Assembly (NCBI RefSeq): GCF_009914755.1
Contig: NC_060942.1
Strand: one strand, 5' to 3'
DNA from: the human T2T-CHM13v2.0 reference genome, Homo sapiens
Length of the DNA stretch: 64,000 nucleotides
The translations under genes were made by a program, and so were the position numbers. The notes beneath the pieces were generated by a model. That model did not search any database. It had not been told where the DNA came from and saw only the letters and a list, made by a program, of their open reading frames with translations. This document shows, piece by piece, positions 59,021-64,000 of the stretch (its first letter is position 1; every line of letters begins with the position of its first letter).

Positions 59021-60228
59021 AATATTTCATTTCTGTGTGCAGACACAGTGATCCCAAAAGTTGACATTCTGTCTATTGACTGTTTCTAATATTCTGTATC
59101 CAGAATTACTTTAGCACTAGAATATTGCAGAATATGCTTCTCAAAAGTGTTTTTGATTATTTTTACCTAGCTGCTTTATTAGGCTCTTTCATTGGCTTTT
59201 AGAAAGCATTCAGTAAGGTTTTTAAATGAAGTGAATATATAGATTTTAGAAATATAAGTTAAACAGAGGTTCAAGTATATATATTTTTGGTACCATGTCC
59301 AGCTTTTACAATATCATATTGAGAGCCTTAACTGTAACCAAATAACGTTTTCCAGTCTGTGTTTAACTATACATCAACCCAGTGGATGGTTCATAAAGAG
59401 TATAATTGACAGCTAGTAAACTCCTAGCAAAAATGAATCAGCTTTTAACTTCATATTAAATTATCCTTTTCTAAAAAGACTGAAAACTATAATCAAGCTC
59501 TTTCTGTGTAATTTGCTATAGATTACTACTTTAAGAGAATAACATCCTTTGTTAAAAAGGCTTTTTATACTACTGGCTTGTGGTGTCCCCTCCTCCCACT
59601 GAATTAAAGCCTTCAACCTGCTGTTGTATTCCATGAGCTTTTCACCTGAACATTTTTACAATGAGAGCATAATGAGTGTTGAAACTGGTATAGATTATTT
59701 AAAATAGGCTTAGATTAGCTCTCTATTGCTGTTCTTGACCTCCAGGGAGAGGAAAAAAAACATGCTTCTTAGTACAGAAGTGGAATTTTTATCAAATACT
59801 TTAAAGCTTAAATTATACTGGTAGAGGCTAGACTCCACAGTTCATTTTTTTTATTTCTTTAGTCCACTTATCAGATGAGCAAATATGAATACTGTGACGG
59901 TTATGATGTACCTACAATAGAAACAATAGAAAATAGCATAATAATCAATATTTTACGTAGAATAATTAGGAGCTTAAAATTGCTTATTTAATGATTTATC
60001 AAAAATAGTACTAAACTATTATAGAGTGTTGAAAAATGTGTTCAGATTTGCTCACTTCATGGAATTTATGGAATTATGGTTCAGATGTTTATTATAATTC
60101 TTTTTATAGATGCTGAAAAGTTCAACACCAATTCCTCACTTTAAAAAGCACACTCCTGCTGCTGCTTCTACTTTTATATTTCACACTACTCCCTAAATCT
60201 ATTCTGGCTCTAGGTAGGTTTAAAGCCT

Positions 60229-62129
60229 TTCATCAGCACGTGGAACATTCTCTAAGATAGGCCATATGATAGACCACAAAACAAGTCTCAATAAATTTAA
60301 GAAAATTGAAATCATATCAATTATCTTCTCAGACCACAGTGGAATAAAACTGGAAATTAACTTCAAAAGGAACCCTCAAAACTATACAAATAAATGGAGA
60401 TTAAATAATAACTGAATGATCTTTGGGTTAATAACGAACTCAAGGTGGAAATTAAAAAATTATTTGAATTCAACAATAATAGTGACACAACTTATCAAAA
60501 CCTCTGGGATACAGCAAAAGCGGTGCTAAGAGGAAAGTTCATAGCATTAAATGTCTACATCAAAAAGTCTGAAAGAGCACAAATAGATAACCTAATGTCA
60601 CACCTCAAAGAACTAGAGAAACAAGAACAAACTAAACCCAAACCCAACAGAAGGAAAGAAACAGCAAAGACCAGAGCAGAACTAAATAAAATTGAAACCA
60701 AAAAAATACAAAAGATAAATGAAACAAAAAGCTGGTTATTTGAAAAGATAACCAAAATTGATATATCATTAGCGAGATTAACCAAGGAAAGAAGATGATG
60801 CAAATAAGCTCAATTAGAAAGGAAACAGGAAATATGACAACCGATATCACAGAAATGCAAAAGATCATTCAAGGCTACTATGAATACCTTTATGTGCACA
60901 AACTATAAAATCTAGAGGAGGTGGATAAATTCCTGGAAATATACAACCCTCCTAGAATAAACCAGGAAGAAATAGAAACTCTGAATAGACCAATAACAAG
61001 CAGTGAGAGTAAATCAGTAATAAAAAAATTACCAAGAAAAAATGTCTAAGACCATGTGGATTCACAGCTGAATTCTATCAGACATTCAAAGAAAAATTGG
61101 TATCAGTCCTACTGAAACTATTCCAAAGATAAAGAGGGAATCCTCCCTAAGTCATTCTATGAAACCAGTATCACCCTAATACCAAAATCAGGAAAGAACA
61201 TAACAAAAAGAGAAACCTACAGACCAATATCCCTGATGAACACAGATGCAAAAATTCTCAACAAAATAACAGCTATCCAAATCCAACAGCGTATCAAAAA
61301 GATAATACATCATGATCAAGTGGGTTTCATACCAGGGATGCAGGGATGGCTTAACATATACAAGTCAATAAATGTGATACATCACATAAACAGAATTAAA
61401 AACAAAAATCATATGATCATCTTGATAGATGTAGAAAAAGCATTTGACAAAATCTGGCATCCCTTTATGATAAAACCCTGCATAAAACTGGTATAGAAGG
61501 GATGTAACTCAAAGTAATAAAAGCCATCTATGTAAAACCCACAGCCAACATCATATTGAATGGGGGAAAAGTTGAAAGCATTCTCCCTGAGAACTGGCAC
61601 AAGACAAGATGCCCACTTTCGCCACTCCTATTCAACACAGTAATGGAAGTCCTAGCCAGAGCAGTTAAACAAGAGAAAAAAATAAAAAGCATCCAAATTG
61701 GAAAAGAGGAAGCCAAACTGCCGCTGTTTGCTGATGAAATGATTGTATACCTAGAAAACCCTAAAGATTCATCCAAAAACTCCTTGATTTGATAAACAAA
61801 TTCAGTAAAATTTCTGGATACAAAAATCAGTGTACACAAATCAATGGCACTGCTATATAGCAACAATGATCAAGCTGAGAATAACATCAAGAACTCAATC
61901 CCTTTTACAGCAGCTACCAATAAAGTAAAATAAAATACATAGGACTAAACAAAGGAGATGAAATATCTCTACAAGGAAAACTGCAAAACACTGCTGGAAG
62001 ATATTATAAGTGACACAAACAAATGGAAACACCCATGCTCATGGATGGGTAGAACCAATATTGTGAAAATGACCATACTGCCAAAAGCAAGCTACAGAGT
62101 CAACTCAGTTCTCATCAAAATACTGATGT
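60229..62129 (+). mobile_element. L1PB-type ORF2 fragment (end of EN through RT), cut by a younger L1
   Basis: ORFs 60445-60798 ([21 protein letters not shown]), 61236-61496 ([11 protein letters not shown]...[13 protein letters not shown]), 61556-61792 (FADD changed to FADE); many disablements. Confidence 0.88.
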
Positions 62130-62148
62130 GGGTTGGGGGGGAATCTCT

Positions 62149-62158
62149 CAAGATGGCC
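62149..62158 (+). promoter_or_regulatory. YY1 motif of the L1 internal promoter
   Basis: CAAGATGGCC at the canonical position near the L1 5' end. Confidence 0.75.
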
Positions 62159-63505
62159 AAATAGTAACAGCTCCAGTCTGCAGCTCCCAGTGAGATCAAT
62201 GCAGAAGGCGGGTGATTTCTGCATTTCCAACTGAGGTACCCGGCTCATCTCATTGGGACTGGTTAGACAGTGGGTGCAGCCCCTGGAGGGCAAGCAGAAA
62301 CAGGGTGGGGCATTGCCTCACCCGGGAAGCTCAAGGGGTCGGGGAACTCCCTCCCCTAGCCAAGGGAAGCCATGAGGGACTGTGCCGTGAGGGACGGTGC
62401 ACTCTGGCCCAGATACTACGCTTTTCTCATCGTCTTCACAACCCACAGACCAGGATATTCCCTTGGGTGCCTACACCACCAGAGCCCTGGGTTTCAAGCA
62501 CAAAACTGGGCAGCCATTTGGGCAGACACCGAGCTAGCTGCAGGAATTTTTTTTCATGCCACAGTGGTGCTTGGAATGCCAGAGAGACAGAACCATTCAC
62601 TCCCCTGGAAAAGGGGCTGAAGCCAGGGAGCCAAGTGGTCTAGTTCAGTGGATCCCACCTCCACAGAGCCCAGCAAGCTAAGATCCACTGGCTTGAAATT
62701 CTTGCTGCCAGGAGAGCAGTCTGAAGTTGACGTGGGACACTGGACTTGGTGGGGGGAGTGGCATCTGCCATTACTGAGGTTTGAGTAAGCGGTTTTCCCC
62801 TCACAGTGTGTAACAAAGCCTGGGGGAAGTTCCAATGGGGCGGAGGCCTCCACAGCTCTGCAAAGCCACTGTAGCCAGATTGCCTCCCTAAATTCCTCCT
62901 CTCTGGGCAGGGCATCTCTGAAAAAAAGGCAGCAGACCCAGTCAGGGTCTTATAGGTAAAACCCCCATCTCCCTGGGACTCAGCACCAGGGGGAAGGGGT
63001 GGCTGTGGGCATAGCTTTAGGAGACTTAAACGTTCCTTCCTGATGGAACTGAAGAGAGCAGCAAATCTCCTAGCACAGCATTCAAGCTCCACTAAGGGTC
63101 AGACTGCCTCCATAAGTGTAAGGGAGCTCCGCTAAGGGTCAGACTGCCTCCTGACCCCTGTATCTCCTGACTGGGAGACACCTCCCAGCAGGGGCCAACA
63201 GACACCTCATACAGGAGAGCTCTGGCTGGCATCTGACAGGTGCCCCTCTGGGACAAAGCTTCCAGAGGAAGAAACAGGCAGCTATCTTTACTGTTCCGTA
63301 GCCTCTGCTGGTACCCAGGCAAAACAGGGTCTGGAGCGGACCTCCAGCAAACTCCAGCAGACCTGCAGCAGAGGGGCCTGATTGTTAGAAAGAAAACTAA
63401 CAAAAAGAGAGGAAAAGCATCAACATCAAGGAAAAGGACATCCACTCAGAAACCCCATCTGAAGGTCACCAACATGAAAGAACAAAGGTAGATAAATCCA
63501 TGAAG

Positions 63506-64000
63506 ATGGGGAGAAACCAGAGCAAAAAGGCTGAAAATTGCAAAAACTGGAATGCCGAATGCCTCTTCTTATTCAAAGGATCACAACTCCTTACTGGCAA
63601 GGGAACAAAACTGGATGGAGAATGAGTTTGATGAATTCACAGAAGTAGGCTTCAAAAGGTGGGTAATAACAATCTCCTGCGAACTAAAGGATCATGTTCT
63701 AACCCAATGCAAGGAAGCTAAGAATCTTGAAAAAAGGTTAGAGGAATTGCTAAGTGGAATAACCAGTTTAGAGAAGAACATAAATGACCTGATGGAACTG
63801 AAAAACACAGCACGAGAACTTCGTGAAGCATACACAAGTATCAATAGCCAAATCAATCAAGCGGAAGAACGGGTATCAGAGATTGAAGATCAACTTAATG
63901 AAATAAAGCATGAAGAGAAGATTAGAGAAAAAAGAATGAAAAGGAACAAACCAAGTTTCCAAGCAATATGGGACTGTGTGAAAAGACCAAACCTATGTTT
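63506..64000 (+). pseudogene. L1 ORF1p remnant, frameshifted
   Basis: atggggagaaaccagagcaaaaaggctg start; a 7-bp tandem duplication gaatgcc-gaatgcc (63550-63563) breaks the frame; downstream coiled-coil codons recognisable (gagaagaacataaatgacctgatggaactgaaaaacacagcacgagaactt). Confidence 0.85.

Larger units (their letters stand above)
62130..64000 (+). mobile_element. 5' end of a probably full-length L1PA7/8-type LINE-1 (5'UTR plus ORF1); runs out of the window
   Basis: G-run, then caagatggccaaatagtaacagctccagtctgcagctcccag...tttctgcatttccaactgaggtacc; ~1.37-kb 5'UTR; ORF1 from 63506. Confidence 0.9.

Overview
Primate, very probably human, genomic DNA: CpG-depleted, about half interspersed repeats (Alu J/S, L1PA3/7/13, L1PB, L1MA-ME, L2, MIR, MaLR LTRs, Tigger1, MER1B/5A/33/45/85/94). 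I recognise no host protein-coding exon, rRNA, tRNA or CRISPR array. The ORFs with recognisable products are transposon remnants, and many others are antisense Alu/L1 noise. It looks intronic or intergenic; by eye the unique stretches are T/G-rich on +, which would fit a + strand host transcript (not computed). Repeat subfamily calls come from recalled consensus sequences, not a database search, and old-repeat boundaries are approximate. Main oddities: (1) a ~250-bp, ~91% identical non-Alu inverted repeat (47682-47932 / 49067-49319) whose 1.1-kb spacer is bracketed by an 8-bp direct repeat, so removing the spacer leaves a near-perfect palindrome with a 4-nt loop; (2) one Alu TSD pair enclosing an Alu, ~420 bp of foreign DNA and a second 5'-truncated Alu, suggesting a templated insertion; (3) a perfect 13-copy 34/35-bp minisatellite inside an AluJ; (4) a TTAA-flanked MER85 with a perfected PGBD3-binding palindrome at the bottom of a four-level nest; (5) a candidate 111-nt in-frame cassette exon and several motif clusters. 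None of these is shown to be a new biological system; the inverted repeat is the best lead.
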